Assembly: GCA_021432655.1 (NCBI GenBank)
Contig: MU271257.1
Coordinates: 52,182-116,181 of the forward strand
Source of the DNA: Atractiella rhizophila
Lineage: Eukaryota
Direction: 5' to 3'
DNA length: 64,000 nucleotides
Below are positions 38,301 to 51,840 of the stretch, one piece after another. A program made the translations under genes and the position numbers. Every line of letters begins with the position of its first letter. The stretch's first letter is position 1. Under the pieces are notes generated by a model, which worked only from the letters and a program-made list of their open reading frames with translations, was not told the origin of the DNA and made no database searches.

Positions 38301-39616
38301 TTAAGGACAAGATAGGAGCAAGAGTCGTGGTCCAGATCCCGGTTTCGTTACTGATGGGCGAGAAATTTCTGATCGCAAATGATGATTCCGACACTGGCAT
38401 TTTCTCTAATATTCACCTCCCGCAATCTCCTTCGAGTCAACCGCCGCGCAAGGGAAAGCCTGCCCAACCTCTCGAAACGGATTTGGCCTTCAACACGAAC
38501 CCGAACGGAGAGGAGGCGAGCCTGACGGAGCTATATGACCATGTGAGAAGGAGGAAGATCTGGGGATCGGACTGTTATACGGACGATTCGGATGTTCTTT
38601 GTATGGCGATGCATTCGGGCAAGTTGAGGATGTTGAAGATGTGGGGAGAAAAGAGGGAATTTGAGGTCGAAGGCTCAGAGGGAGTACTGGAGGTTAATTT
38701 GAGGGTTGCGCCAAAGTTGGCGAGGTATGAAGGGTGTTCGAGGGGTGGGATGAGGAGTCGAAGTTGGGGTGCAAGCCATGATGGACTCAGTTTGATCGTG
38801 GAGAAGATCGACCATAGGAAATACGTTCGTCTTGCATTTCTTCCCTTCATCCCGATTGTGAATCTGAAGAGGCTGCAGGATTGGGGAGGCCGGACTCACG
38901 AGAAGAGGATACGAAAGAAGCGACGATTGGAAGAAAAACCACCGAATGCCCCAACACGCAAGGTCTACACCGCTGACTCGTATCTCCCATCAGCAAGTAT
39001 CAGTCTTCCGTTCTATACGCCGCCGCAGAATCTTCCATCGGATCTTCCCGCATTTTCAGACAGCCTCTACTTCACATCCATGTTCGAGAGCCTTGCATTT
39101 CGTTACGATAAACAGGTGTTCGAGGGAATGCTGACGCGACACACGAAGAGTGAGATTGAGAAGGAGAAGGAGATGATGGATGTTGATGAAAAGGGAGGAG
39201 TGGAGAAGGAGAAAGGGGTCAGTCTTGAAGATTGGGATTTGGTGTTCCAGAATCGCGATACTCAGTACGCCCTGCTTCTTCCTAACTACAATGTTTCAAC
39301 TCAATTCAATTTGTATGAAAATAGGTATCGTATCACACTGAACAAATCAGAAGGCGAAATACCCACGGAACAAATCGCCAATTCCCTCCGTCTGCACTCC
39401 TCCCCCCTCTCTTCCCTCCCACCTCCCACCAAAGTCTCAGCGGTCGCGAATCCCATTCCGTCTACAACGGCGGCCGAGGAAACGACGCGGTCCTTCCCTA
39501 TCGAGGCCGTCAAGTGTACAGATGACGGGACTGTTACGATCGAGGTCGAGGAAGGGAAACAAGTCGTGGAGATCCGGGGAGTGAAGAGCGTTGGGTGGAA
39601 GGAAAAGATTCATTGA
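35327..39616 (+). CDS. RXT3: Rxt3-domain protein (Rpd3L/Sin3 HDAC complex) with Q/H-rich N-terminus
   Basis: RRRKIWGSDCYTDDSDVLCMAMHSG, YEGCSRGGMRSRSWGASHDGLS; polyQ and HS repeats; 5' exons affected by the duplication. Confidence 0.75.
35463..37122. repeat. Head-to-tail duplication: 830-bp units 35463-36292 and 36293-37122
   Basis: Near-identical units; ORFs at 35736 and 36566 are offset by 830. Confidence 0.95.
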
Positions 39617-39890
39617 GAATCACTCTATATACATCATAAACTTGATCGGTTAAGTACCAATACGCTGATATATTTCAGTTCCTCGTCGATTAGTACGTGC
39701 AGGAGTGTAATGGGTTAGAATGCTGTTCTTATGGAAAGTTGGTTGTTGTATGGTATATTTGCTTGGAATAGTCACCTCTTTTCCAAACTTCTATCAGAGT
39801 TCATGATTGTGACTACACTTGAGTTTTTTTAACACAAATATTGTGCAAGGTATTTGTCATCGTGATTCCAGCTGCTGAGAAACTTCTACA

Positions 39891-41270
39891 CTACAAACCA
39901 CCCATACTACTAATTCCCGTCCGATCCCTAATCAAAGCGATATCACTCGGGGACAACCAACACTTGCCCGACTCAAACCACTGTTCCCAAACCGCCGTCG
40001 CATTCCACTCGCCCTCCTCCTTCTCCCTCCCCTCACTCCTAAACTGGGTCCTCAAGAAATCCAGCGTCTCGACCCAGAAATCGGGGTTCTGGAACCTCGC
40101 CAGGAGCGAGTGGGGGACAGAAGCGGTGACGGAGGGAGATTGGGGTGTGGAGTGGATCAGGTCTTCGTTCGAGATGGGGACGGAGGGTGAGGAGGGGGTG
40201 GCGCTGAGAGAGAAGGTGGGGATGGAGGAGGGGTTCACTTTTAGGTCGGACGTCGGTTTCGGCGCTGTCTGAGCTGACGTTGATGAAGATGGGAGAGGAG
40301 GGTCGACGTCCATCGCCTCTGAATCTGATGCTTTGGGCTTTGGCGTTGTTGAGGCCGAAATGACACCTCCACCAGTAGCCATCAAGGTTATCGTTTCCCC
40401 GTCTTTGATCCCATCGTATTCTTTCAACAGTTTCGAGTCCGAAATCACTTTTCCTTTGAGTAACCAACGCTGTTGCTCGGGAGGAGGCACCCCGTCCTCT
40501 TGCTCGTGTAAGCGGGCTTTGAGGGAGGAAATGGTGGAGGTGGGTGCACAGGAGGAGAGGGTGAATGTGAGAGGGGGTTTGAGGGATTTGAGGTTGAGCG
40601 TGATGGATGATTCTGTCAAAATAACATCGGATCAGATGGACGGGGGAGATGGTGCGAGAACGAACCGATGCCTGTCATTTCTTCTCCTGTTGTCGGTTCT
40701 GGTGGATCTACGAGCGGAATCTGTGTTTCGAAAGCAAAGCAGGCATCAGTTGTCATTCGAAGATAAGAGTTATGCAATGTTCAAATCGGCATGATGCAAG
40801 GTCTACGGTGCGTCATAGGAGGCCAGTGATTAGCCAAAATCAACACGTACAACACTACTTCAACAAGCTGCAGCTGCGGCCATCCAGTTCTCGCTCAATG
40901 AAGGCCGCTGGCGTTAAATGAGTGCGCTACTGGCTGCGTTGGTTAATCAACAACCCATTCGAGAAACAATGTTCCTGAGGGATCTCGACAGCCTATGGAC
41001 AAGCTCACGCACAAGGCTTTGTAGCTCTTTCAATCAGTCTTCCTCCTGGACTGTAGACACCAAGATATGATAAACATCAACGATTCTCCCACCCTCCCAA
41101 CCAACCAATCCACCAACAAAAGTACTCACATCAAATATATGTATCCTCTTCGGCCACTGACTAGCAGGAGGGGTAAAATCGCTGCTATATTTCTGCTTCT
41201 GGCTCGATATCGCTCCGAGCTGGCGACGCACAAATTCGGCCTCTTCTTGTAGCTTTTGGGGGGACAACAT
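39891..41270 (-). CDS. GET5: Get5/Mdy2-like ubiquitin-like protein
   Basis: N-terminal EEAEFVRRQL segment, UBL (ITLNLKSLK..QQRWLLKGK..LLKEY), C-terminal FWVETLDFL..VWEQW; introns ~40721-41129 and ~40613-40666. Confidence 0.7.
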
Positions 41271-41509
41271 CTTGCACGGTGGGCACGCTGCAGACGCGGT
41301 GGACCAGTGGAGGAGGCGCGGGTGGGTGAGCGTTCTGCCTAGTCTGCTGGCTGGCTGGGATTGAATGTGAATGACTGAATGGCCTTGGTTGTTCTCGGCA
41401 CGCTTGGACAAATTGAAACAACCAAAAATTTTGGAGCTGCACAAGCACTGGGCAGCAAAGGCAAAGGATTAGGAAGGATTGTGCTGTTTACAGCTGATAC
41501 GCTGGTATA

Positions 41510-43267
41510 ATGTCTCTAAAGTCGCAGCTCGCTGACTTGCTAGAGCCGGGACCACCTGGTTTGTTCTCCTCCCAATTGAGCAGCGAAACTGAGTAGAATG
41601 GCACTGCAGAGCTCGATCCCGAATCTGCCAACGTTGGATTCGATGCTGGAGCTTGGAAGGACGATGGAGGCGAAGATCTAGAGTATTTTGACCCTGGGTG
41701 CGTTCCTTCTTCCCTCCTTAACAATGGGTAGACCGATCAGGTCTGGAAAGGACGGCGAAGAAACGAGATATCTTGAACCCTTATGGTGGGAAGAAAGTGT
41801 CGAGGAAGGAGTTGGAGGAGATGAGGAATGCTCCGAGCGAGAGCGAGAGTGGAGAAGAAGAGGGAGAGGAGGACAGTGGAGACGATGTTCGTGAAGAAGG
41901 AGAGGGAGAGGATGGATCGCTTGAAGAGGAAGATGAGGAGGAGGAGGAGGAGAACTGGAAAGAATTCAAAGCTGGACGAATTGACGAACCGGAAGAAGCA
42001 CAGGGAGAGCGTGACCAGTCTCCAGTGCCAGAGGACGACCCAGCTTCAAAACTGGCATCACAAGCTCAGGCTGACCTTCAGAAGGCTTTAGACGTTAAGA
42101 AGCAACTCGTATGTCTCCTACCATACCATTTTGTTGTTGACTGATCATTGATTGTGGATAGCGCATGTGGGATGATATACTGCAGCTGAGGATACGTTTC
42201 CAACCAATTTTAGAAGGTGGAAACAAACTACTTCCTGCTGCCCTTACAGTTAGTTCTCTACTTTTCGTATAGTAAACATGAGACCGTAACGTTTGTTTTT
42301 TTGGATAGGTCGAGGACGAGTTGGTTCAAGAGGAGGTGAAGAAGACTCTCTCCTCCCTCTCTTCTCTCGAAGATGCTCTCTTCACCCTCCGCTCCGTTCG
42401 TCCTCTTTCACTTCGTTCTCAACTCAATCTAAGCTAACGCGCACATCGACGAATAGGAAATGTTGCTATCGAATGAGTCTCTCTCCACAGACGATTCAAC
42501 GCGCCTCCGCTCGCTCAAGCGAAAACGCGAAGATGGAGAGGAAGAAGAAGAGAGAGCCATCTTCGGCACCTCCCATGCTCTCGACGACTTCCATCCGCCC
42601 ATCGTCACCGCAACACTAACAAAATGGTCTGCCAAGATCTCCACCGCGCTCTCCTTCATGCACAAGGGTCAGAAATTCAAGTCGAACGGGAGTGGAGAGA
42701 TGGATGTGGTGGAGCAGATTGAGGAGATGTTGAACGAGGAAGGGGAGGAGATGATGAAGCGGAGTAGACGGTTGGAAGATGGGGATGGAGAGAGGGATGA
42801 GATGGATGTACGAGGAGAGGAAGAGAGAGAGGATGTGTATGTCGATTCGGATTGGTACCGACATCTCTTACGTGAGGTCGTGGAAGAACGTCTGGCAGAT
42901 TTAGGTCCGTCGTTTGCCCCTTCTTCCAACCCCCTCAACTTCATCTTGATCTTTGAGCCGACGATGAACCAATGTGGATGTAGACGAAACTGCCCTGGCG
43001 CATCTTTCCAAAAAGAAACGGAAGACAGTCGACCGGAAAGCTTCCAAAGGTCGCCGAATACGATACCAACCTGTTGAGAAACTGAAGGGCTTCATGATCC
43101 CCATTCCTCTGCATCGACTCGATCGAGAGGGAAAGGTGGAGGAATGGAGTGAGCATCAGATTTCGGAAGTGTTCAAAGGTCTACCCGGCGCGAGTAACGT
43201 GGAGAGGGAGGAAGAAGGGAGAGAAGAGGAGAAAGTTGAGTTGGGAGGTTTCAGGTTATTTGGTTAG
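41510..43267 (+). CDS. BFR2: Bfr2/AATF SSU processome protein
   Basis: MSLKSQLADL..ELDPE, YGGKKVSR, WDDILQLRIRFQ, DSDWYRHLLRE, VDRKASKGRRIRY. Confidence 0.88.
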
Positions 43268-43837
43268 ATTTTGCAAACCACCTACCTTCATCATCTCCAA
43301 TTGGGCCACATATTGCCAGTCGGTTCAGAATCGAACACAAAGAAGGGATCCGTTGACAATCGTCGGCTTGATTGCATATCCTCGATGTGTGTCTCGAGTT
43401 TAGGAACGAAACATGGAAACCATGGAAGGGCATATTGTTCAAAGGTACGACCGATCGAAATCAAAAAGGGAGAAGAGAGGAGGAATCAGCATAAGTCGCA
43501 TAGGTTTGCGTGCGAAGAACGGACTGAAATGACTTGAAGTGAAGAATAAATGATATGCTGATTTGATGGTAATTGAACACAAACAATGTACAAAAGGTAC
43601 TACGGAATGTGAACCCTAAGATCCGATGAAGAACGAGGAAAAAGGTACGATATCAGTGATGACCGTGATCTATGGTCATCTCGTAGGATCCATATGGTGA
43701 CGAGAAGAATGTGAGAAAGCCCTGGAAAACCATGTCATGCCAAACGGAAGCTTGATAGGTAGGAGTCGGCGAGTGTCCTCGCGAGCGGCGAATTATTGAT
43801 GTGCGACAGGGAGACTCGGAGTGTGCTCTGTAACAAA

Positions 43838-46207
43838 TCAGAGGGATTGCTGAACGAGCAGTGCCTTCTCCTTCACAATAACGGGGTATCCAAAGGTGAG
43901 ACGGCAAAGAGCAGCGACATCGTCTTTCTCTAACAGCTTGATAACAATCTTTGACTGTACCCACAAATCCGTCAGTTGTCACATCTTTCGTGAGATGAGC
44001 AAAAATACGTACAACCGACTTGATGTTCGGAATCTCAGCCTTCAAGAATTTAAAGATAACATCTCCGACCTTCTGCTTCTTCGCGCTGTCTTTAGCGGGC
44101 AGGCTTTCGATCAGATTTTCTGCCTTCGCTAATTCTGATGGATTCGGTTTAGCCAACAGACCCGCAGGGATGGACGAAGAGTTGGTCTGAATAAGTTCCC
44201 AGATCTGCTCGCTGGACAGGGCAGCCAAACTCTTAACAGAATACAAGACCGCTGGCGATTTAGCACGTGCTTTAGGAGGATCCTCCTTCACCGGTGTCAC
44301 CACCGGAGTCGGGAGAGAGCTTGTCGTTTCCTTCTCCTTCGTTGGAACCTTGGGAGCAACAGGAGCAGGAGGCTCCTCATCCTCTTCCGCGAGGTCAAGG
44401 ATCATTTTTGCTTCTGCAACTTTGGTCTTGAGGAAGGAAGGGTTGAAGAGACACATGGCTTTCTCCTTCTTTGGCAGACTAACGAGCATGTCGGTGATGT
44501 CGTCTGCCATGGCCGGTTCTAGCTGTGAAATAGCTGCGTGCAGTCTTTCTCGTTCCGTGCCCGTCGGAGGGATGATGGGAGTTGGCGTAGGAGATGGAGC
44601 CGCGACAGGAGCTGCGACGGGAGGAGAGACTGCCACCGCTGGTACCTCAACGGGCACGGCGGGTGTAGCTGGCGTCGTGGGTGCTGGAGAGACCATTTGG
44701 AAAGAAGAGTCAGCGGATGAAGTGGAAGCTTCCATTCCATTCGCTTTGGGTGAATCGGCGGACTAGTATCGCCCTCTGAGCACACGAGATTGGTGGCGAA
44801 ACAGACACTTACAGCAGCATCACTTAAGGTGATGTTAGCAGGCGATCCAGGTGTGGAGCCCTCGTTATGCTCCAGGGTGGGCATGACCGAGCCGGTGGGT
44901 GACAATTCCCCAGTCTTCTTCCTCTCTTTCTGTGCATGAATTTGTTTCAATCTCGGTTCCCTGCTCTTCTTCGGTTCATGAAGTCTAACGATGATATTCC
45001 TTCCGGGATCATCAGGTTGAGAGATCGAGTAAAGCTTCTTTCCGTCCATCGCCTTCAACGCGTCTGCGGCTTGGAAATCCTTCTCAAAAGACACGAACCC
45101 GAATTCGCGGGACATGTTCGACATCTCGTCCTTCATTACTCGAGCGGACACGATTTGACCAAATGGTGAGAAATGGGTATAAAGATCCTGAGAGGTAATA
45201 TAGGGAGAAAGGTTCTTGATGAACAGATTGCAGGGGTCGATGACCGGTGCTATTTTGCCTCTAGATTCGTGTTCCAGACGCTGCTGAGCTTGTTGCTGGA
45301 GCGAGAGGATGGAAGATGTCATGGTTGGACTCGGTGGACCGTAGTTTGGCATAGGGCTCGACATCCTGAACATCTCGCTGGGGCAGGACTCCTCCAGCCA
45401 CTCGACAGCGCAGAGGACGAGTAATATCCTCCGCCAGAAGGGACGAACGGAGCGGCTTCGGCCCATTTCTGTCCACTCTTAGGACCAGTGGGGACTATTG
45501 CAGAATACTCGTTGACCGTAATCATGGTGCTCCCAATCTCGGAACAATGGAGCTCCGCCATGGCCGTTTCTGGCATGGGAAATCTCATAGAACTGAACGA
45601 CACCCTCTCCGTTAAACTTCGGAGGAATGCCAGAACCCGGATATGGGTCGTAGTAGTTCAAGGTAGCCTTATAGATCGGTCCGTAAGGGCGAAAGACTTG
45701 GAATAGGTAACCGGCGCTCATACTCTCTGGAAGGTTCTTGACCAGTAATGGTTGCACGTTCGATGCGGGGGGCTTGTCGGATCCTGGGTTTGGGCTGATG
45801 GAGAGTCGCATTTGGCATTTGTATGCTGGGAAGCTGTGGCCTTGAACAGTAGCATACGCCTTCTCCGCTGCATCCATATCGTCCTCTCAGCCTGTGCCTT
45901 TGTAGATGGAGGGACAACTGACCTTTTGCCTTCTCTTGGAAGAGAATCTTCCCGCTGACAGGCTCATAAATGCTAGCGGCAGGATTGCGACTTATTTCTG
46001 GCCTTCATACCGCCACGCAACATCACTCAGAACCAATCCCTTTGTACAAAGAAAACTACCGCACCTAATTTTGAGGCAATCAGCTAACGCATCCGCCAAG
46101 TCACTATCGGTGATTCCATTCACTAGTCCATGGACGTAGAGTACTGATTCTTGGAGGTAAGGATGAGGGGGACCAGGGATATCCAAATCGTTTGTTGGAG
46201 ATGCCAT
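43838..46207 (-). CDS. RRM4: Rrm4-like RNA-binding protein (3 RRM + MLLE/PABC domains)
   Basis: HPYLQESVLYVHGL, AEKAYATV, IDPCNLFIKNL..REFGFVSF, and MLLE-like ERERLHAAI..DITDML..KEKAMCLFNP, matching my recollection of Ustilago Rrm4. Confidence 0.85.
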
Positions 46208-46394
46208 TTCTTCTATATCACTTGTTGAGAAATTTTTTGGGAGAAGGTGGAAAACTGGAGATTGGAAGAAGTGTAAAACTGCTGAATCCGAGATGTAAAA
46301 GTGAAAGCTATAATTTTTGGGTCAGATATAAAGAAGAAGGGGCATAGATCGTGAAATTGATAGGAAAGGTGGTCGTCCTTTGAGAAAGGGCAAG

Positions 46395-46979
46395 TAGCGG
46401 TGTCCAAAATATCGCTGGCTTTTTGGAAAGGGAGCAAAAGGTCGACTTTGGCCGCGCGAATACCACGTTCCCGCAGTCTGAAGTGCCTGTAAATAGCAAC
46501 CGCGGAATCTAAAAGTCGAAAGTGCGAAAGTCGAGCCAGAGGCCCGCTCGCGGGCCTTTCGTGGCACTTTCGCACTTTCGACTTTTGAAAACACGTGTGA
46601 ACCATGCAAATCTCACGTCTACAATCCTCACAGTTCTTGTACTCCTCTCCATTTCCACAGCCATGAGTACATCACCTCTCTATTATCAACAAGCTGAGGC
46701 TATGATGAGCGCTGCAGCTCTTCAGTTTACAAGGTCATCAACATGTCTGACATTTTTATTGACCAGAACGTTGTAGAAAAGTGAGATGGACAGAGTTGGG
46801 CTGTTAAATCGCAAACTCCGTGGTCCCCGCGTGTGTGCAACTCGTAGTACCATTTTGGTCCCTCCAGCTGAGTGAGGTAGCCTCTTCGGACTATCCCAAG
46901 CGCCGTCCAATATATCACGCTCTTTTGACTTTTACATTTTCGGGACTCTCAAAAGCCAGCGATATTTTGGACACCGCTA
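46395..46979. mobile_element. MITE-like non-autonomous DNA transposon
   Basis: Perfect 29-bp inverted termini TAGCGGTGTCCAAAATATCGCTGGCTTTT at 46395-46423 and 46951-46979; no coding capacity. Confidence 0.8.
46511..46586. repeat. Internal hairpin in the MITE
   Basis: 21-bp perfect arms (46511-46531 and 46566-46586) enclosing AGGCCCGC-TC-GCGGGCCT. Confidence 0.9.
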
Positions 46980-47307
46980 GTCAGAACTGAACTAAGATTT
47001 CCTTTTGTCGCCTTCTTCCTTTCTTGGAACATTTTGATTCCGCAAGTTGCTGTTTTTCTGCCATATAATATTAATTACACCACACCGTAACACTCCAGCG
47101 CATCGTAATACAGATATCACACATGGGGAGGGAGAGGTGAAGTAGAAAATGTTGGTTAACACTTCCTCACAGTGAGTACCTTTTCTCTCAGAGAGTTATA
47201 TGATGTGCATGTCGTGCAAGTCCATATTGCAGTGTTACCAATTTTTATTTTACTAAACGTTTACCTGTACTCAACATCCACATACATCCCTTTGACACCT
47301 TCAAAGC

Positions 47308-49373
47308 TTAAAGGCTGTAGTAAAACCCGACCGTATTCTCAATGGGTCCCCGACGGCCATTCTTTAACAAGTTGTTTTGGTACTTGAACCAGATCGTGAG
47401 TAGTATCACGACGGTAATGAGGAGGAACTGGAAGCCAACGTTCGCCCAGAGTCCAGGCTATGCGAGTTAATCACGGCTTTCAGTATTTTTGGTTTCGAAG
47501 TAGAAGCAAAGGAAACATACAAGATATTTTGGACTGTCTTTGGAGCGCATGATCAGAGGCGAAATAATCCCTCCCACTCCGCCGAACGCAACGACAATGG
47601 CGTTAGACACGGAGCGTTTCGATTGACCCACGATGTTGGTTGATTGCTTTACATGAGGGACTTAGTTCATATTGTTTTTAGCAAGCTGACTTGGAAACAC
47701 TCACATATGCAAGGACGGTGGGGATGTTGACCGTCGCGCCGCTAATTCCAAGGATAACACCAGCGTAGCGTGCCTGTCGCCATTCCACTGTCAATGTACA
47801 ATTTCAAAATAGGAAATAGCCCACATCGTTATTGTCCAATGCGTAGGCAGTCATGAGGAGACCGCAGATAGACAGCAGAGACTGCCCGATGAGGAACAGG
47901 TATCGATGACCAAATCTATCCGCACAGTAGGAGAGGATGGTGGACAAGGTGACTGCCACGATCTATATTAACTATATCAGTCCATCGATTGCTGTTGCAT
48001 GAAGACAAGAGCGTGCATAGGGAGGAGTCGCGAGCAATTGAGACTGTGCCACAGATTTTCCAAACCCTGCCAGAATAATGGGGAGGAAGGATGAATAGGC
48101 GTATGTCGACACAGTTGTGCAGCAGAATAAGATCCCGAGCGCCCAAATCTTGAGATCGAGGAAGTACACTTTGATTTTCTCTATCGTGATTGGGTCGTAG
48201 ACGGCTGTGGAGAAAAAATCAAATCTCGTACTGAAACGAAGATTTGAACACTGACCGTCACCTCTGTCGATGTCAATGCGACGCTTTACGATCTCAGTTT
48301 CTTCTGCTGAGAGAAACTTATTCTTGTCCGGGAAATCAACAATGAGAGGATAGGCAATCAGTCCTAAGTCAGGGGTGAGAACTGGGAAATCGGGAAATCA
48401 GACCCCCTCAGAAGGAATCAGACCTAATCCGATGGTAATAATCCCTTCTACTAAAAATATCCAACTCCATCCAGCCAAATCATTCTTGCCTGCCAACGTC
48501 GAAAGGCCGTATGCGATGATCGGAGAGAATCCAGAAATCAAGCTCGCAACTACACCCTTCTTCATATATTTCACAACTGAAACAAATTGGGCCGCTCACT
48601 GTTCCAGAAAGCAGCAAGACGAAGCTGCATCTCGCGGCGGGTGTACCAGGTGCTGATTAAGTAGGCACAGGAAGGAAAGAATCCTGTACCCGTTCGTGGA
48701 TGAGCTGCTTGCTTTTTCATGCATGGGCGACTAACCGGCCTCGAGGAATCCCAAGAGTGATCGCAAGCCTGCCAATGTGCGCCACGTTGGGGCATAAGCC
48801 ATACCAACGAGGATAGATCCCCAAGCAACAGTGATGACGGAGAGCAGTAGAGAAGGTCCTACTCTCCTCACCACCATGTTGGCAGGTAGCTCGAAGAGGA
48901 TGTATGGCACGAAGAAGGCGATGATAACAATCCTGTTCTCCCAACCTTAGTCAACTTTGACGAATGGCGGGAAGACAATGAGGCATACGTATAGCGGTCT
49001 CCCACATAAAGAACTAGGTCACGAGCAAGACCAGCAACGTAGGCGAGTCCAAGGTTGGACCTGTCTACAAACGCAATGATTCAGTCCTAAGCTCATATGA
49101 ATAACAGGAGCGCGTACCGATGAGGGAGAAGCTGTATAGCAACCCCAAGATGGGGAGCAGTCGCAAGTCAACCTTCCGCCTGAACATGCATTAGTTTCCA
49201 AGCTCTTCAATCCTCAATGGGTCAAAAGCATACATTGTTCTTCTTTCCAACACAGGGTCAATAGGCTCTCCTTGACCTACAACCCTAACGCCTGCCTGGT
49301 GGTCTCCTTTCCCATCCTCAACCTGGTCAATCTCACCCGTTGCCTTTTCGTTCAAATCCTCAGAGGATGGCAT
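47308..49373 (-). CDS. MFS transporter, anion:cation symporter (Dal5/Tna1-like) family
   Basis: DRSNLGLAY, FFVPYILFELPAN, EAGFFP..YLISTWY, WSWIFLVEGIIT; multi-exon. Confidence 0.85.
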
Positions 49374-50428
49374 GTTGTTTTTTTTTCACGTCAGGTCTTG
49401 TTTAGGGCTTTAAGGAGAGCTTCGTGCACCTTCAGACAAGACTGTGAGGAAGAGGCGAGGAGGCAGAAGTGGGACAGCGTCGAGCTGCTGATCATTGCGT
49501 CTCCCTTTATGCACAGTTTGGTTGGGTTGGACTTCCGTACCGAGTTCGCCAAGGATAGATAGAGTGCTTAGGGTGAAGTTTGGAACTTGATTCAATATTG
49601 TTGGCAAGAGTTCTTGCTAGCTGAAGAAGTCCTTCCTCCGGGCTCGAGTGCGGGGATTCCAGCACGAATGCAACAAGGAAATGAATTGTGATCGAAATTT
49701 GCTGGGTCACACAACTCATGCCAAGTTTATCCCCGTAGCACCCAAGCAAGAAGGAACACATTGCGACCCATAGAAACATGATAACAAACTCTCTCCGAGA
49801 AGGAGATTGAGAAGGGGATTAGGAGCTTCCGGCTAACACTGAAGATGAATGTGTCCGTCCATCACTGCCCTGACCGTTTCATCCTTCCGTCGTAGCACCT
49901 GCTCTCTTGGGCGTTCAACAGCAGTGGTCGGATGAATGTTCCGAGTGGAAGGGGCAAATTGAGGAAATTGTGAAAGGTCTCAGTAATCATTTTGCGTAGC
50001 CAGGCCCGGAGAGGGACACGAAGTTCCGTCAATCCCTGATGATTCAGTGCCGCGGATTCTATGGAACTTCGAACAGGCTAGGAATGACCAATGTGTTAGT
50101 CAAAAAGGCCAGGACGGGGCAACAGGTCCAATTTTGGCGAAGACTTTGGAGGACTACAAGTACATTTCTCAAAATAAATCTCGCAAGATGTTGAAACTAG
50201 ATTGTCACAACGCCGTCTGCGCGAGACTGTATATCGCACAAAAAAAAGGAAAGAGGTTATCAAAGTGCTGCAAGGAAACGATCATATCCTACCACTACTC
50301 GTGCAGGGGTGCGTGGGACATCTAGGGGTCTGATTCACGATAGCAGCACTCTATTCTAATGGGAAAGAAAGGAAATAAAGAATCACAACGAGCTTCTCAC
50401 GTAATAAAAATACAGCCATTGCATCTTT

Positions 50429-51840
50429 CTACGCCGCGACCCCATTTGCGTGTCCATTGCCATTTGCAAGAGGCTTCGACAACTCCTTCACATTCAACTT
50501 GCTCGCTCCCTCCTTCAATCCTTCCAGCGCCAAAATCTCTTCCAGTCTACCAATCAGAGCCTTCTTGTCTCCCTTGTATGGCCGAAGGGGACGACGAGGA
50601 GCACCTCCATAACCTGAAACCTCCTCCAACAACCACTTGTTCCCACTGATACCTGTCTTGGCAGTGATTCCATCGGCGAGAGAGACGACTTCTTGGAGCT
50701 TTTGAGCCTCCGCGAGCGCCTCAGGAGAGTAGGAGGAGACGACTTTCTCCACCGCCTTGTTCAGACGCACGACAGTTTTCTACGACGCAAGATTTGAAAT
50801 CAGTCAGCCAGTCCTTGTTCTCGTAAGTGCTGAGCGAGATGAAGAAACACAAACAGGGAAGACGTTGGCCAGTCCAGTAATGCAGCCGCCAGCTTTGACG
50901 AAAGCGGACGGGAGGAGGAAATCGGCGAAGCCTCCGAGGACGACGAAGTTGCCTCGTTTGAGGTTTGTCAGACGAGAGAGCTTGCCAACGCTTCCGCAAC
51001 TATTCATGCCACCCACATCAAAGCCATCAGTATTTATCAAGTGAGGGAGAAAACATGAAGGAGCTCACGTAAGCTTGACGCCAACAACGTTCGGTGCCAG
51101 GTTGGCGATCTCCTCAATCAGGTCAGAATCCAAATCAATTCCGGCGCTCGCTCCAGGATCTGGCAAAACGTTCAGCAGACGTACTCCCTTCGACCGACGG
51201 AGAGATTCTTACAATTGTAGAGAACGACCTAATGGCTGCCATCAGCTAGGAAGTGGGGGAGAAAGGAGTTACGTACAGGGGAAGGAGATGCAGCAGCGAC
51301 GTCCACAAAGTGATCACGAAGGGACTCTCTGTCTAGTGCTCCAGCATAATAACCGCCTGTGATGACCATAACGTGGGTCGCACCGAGCTCATGTGCCTCT
51401 TTGCAAAGTTGTATCGTCTCTGCGGAGCGAAGAAGCGAAGAATCATCAAAATCGGACCTTCGTCGCGTCCATCAAATCTTCACTCACCTAAGGTAGATCC
51501 AGCACCAGTTCCAGCGATGAGAGGCACATCGAGCTTTTCTCGATCCAACGCTTCTCTGACGGCTCGGAGGACGTCGTTTCTCTCCTGGTGAGTGAGGTGG
51601 GACGCTAGAAATCTCCATCGGTCAGCATGCTTTGGAGAAGAGATAACTCCACACGGACGCACCTTCTCCCATGCTTCCTCCAACAACCAACCCCAACCCT
51701 TCCTTTGCCATTCTGATGGCATGATAAACAGTGGTGGCGACATCGACCTCCTCTGTGCCAGGCTCGAAGAAAGTCATGAGGGGGACATAGACCCCCGAAG
51801 GGAGTGTGGTTGGGACGTAGACGGTGTTGTTTTGAACCAT
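50429..51840 (-). CDS. DHDPS-family class I aldolase, 2-keto-3-deoxy-L-galactonate aldolase-like (GaaC/LGA1)
   Basis: PSGVYVPLMTFF, GSMGE, IAGTGAGST, YNYPG..GIDLDSD, Schiff-base VGVKLT|CGSVGK, GCITGLANVFP. Confidence 0.85.

Noticed and set aside
10902..46207. RHO3, VPS25 and RRM4 in one window as an endosomal mRNA-transport cluster
   Set aside because: They are separated by many unrelated genes; chance proximity is sufficient.
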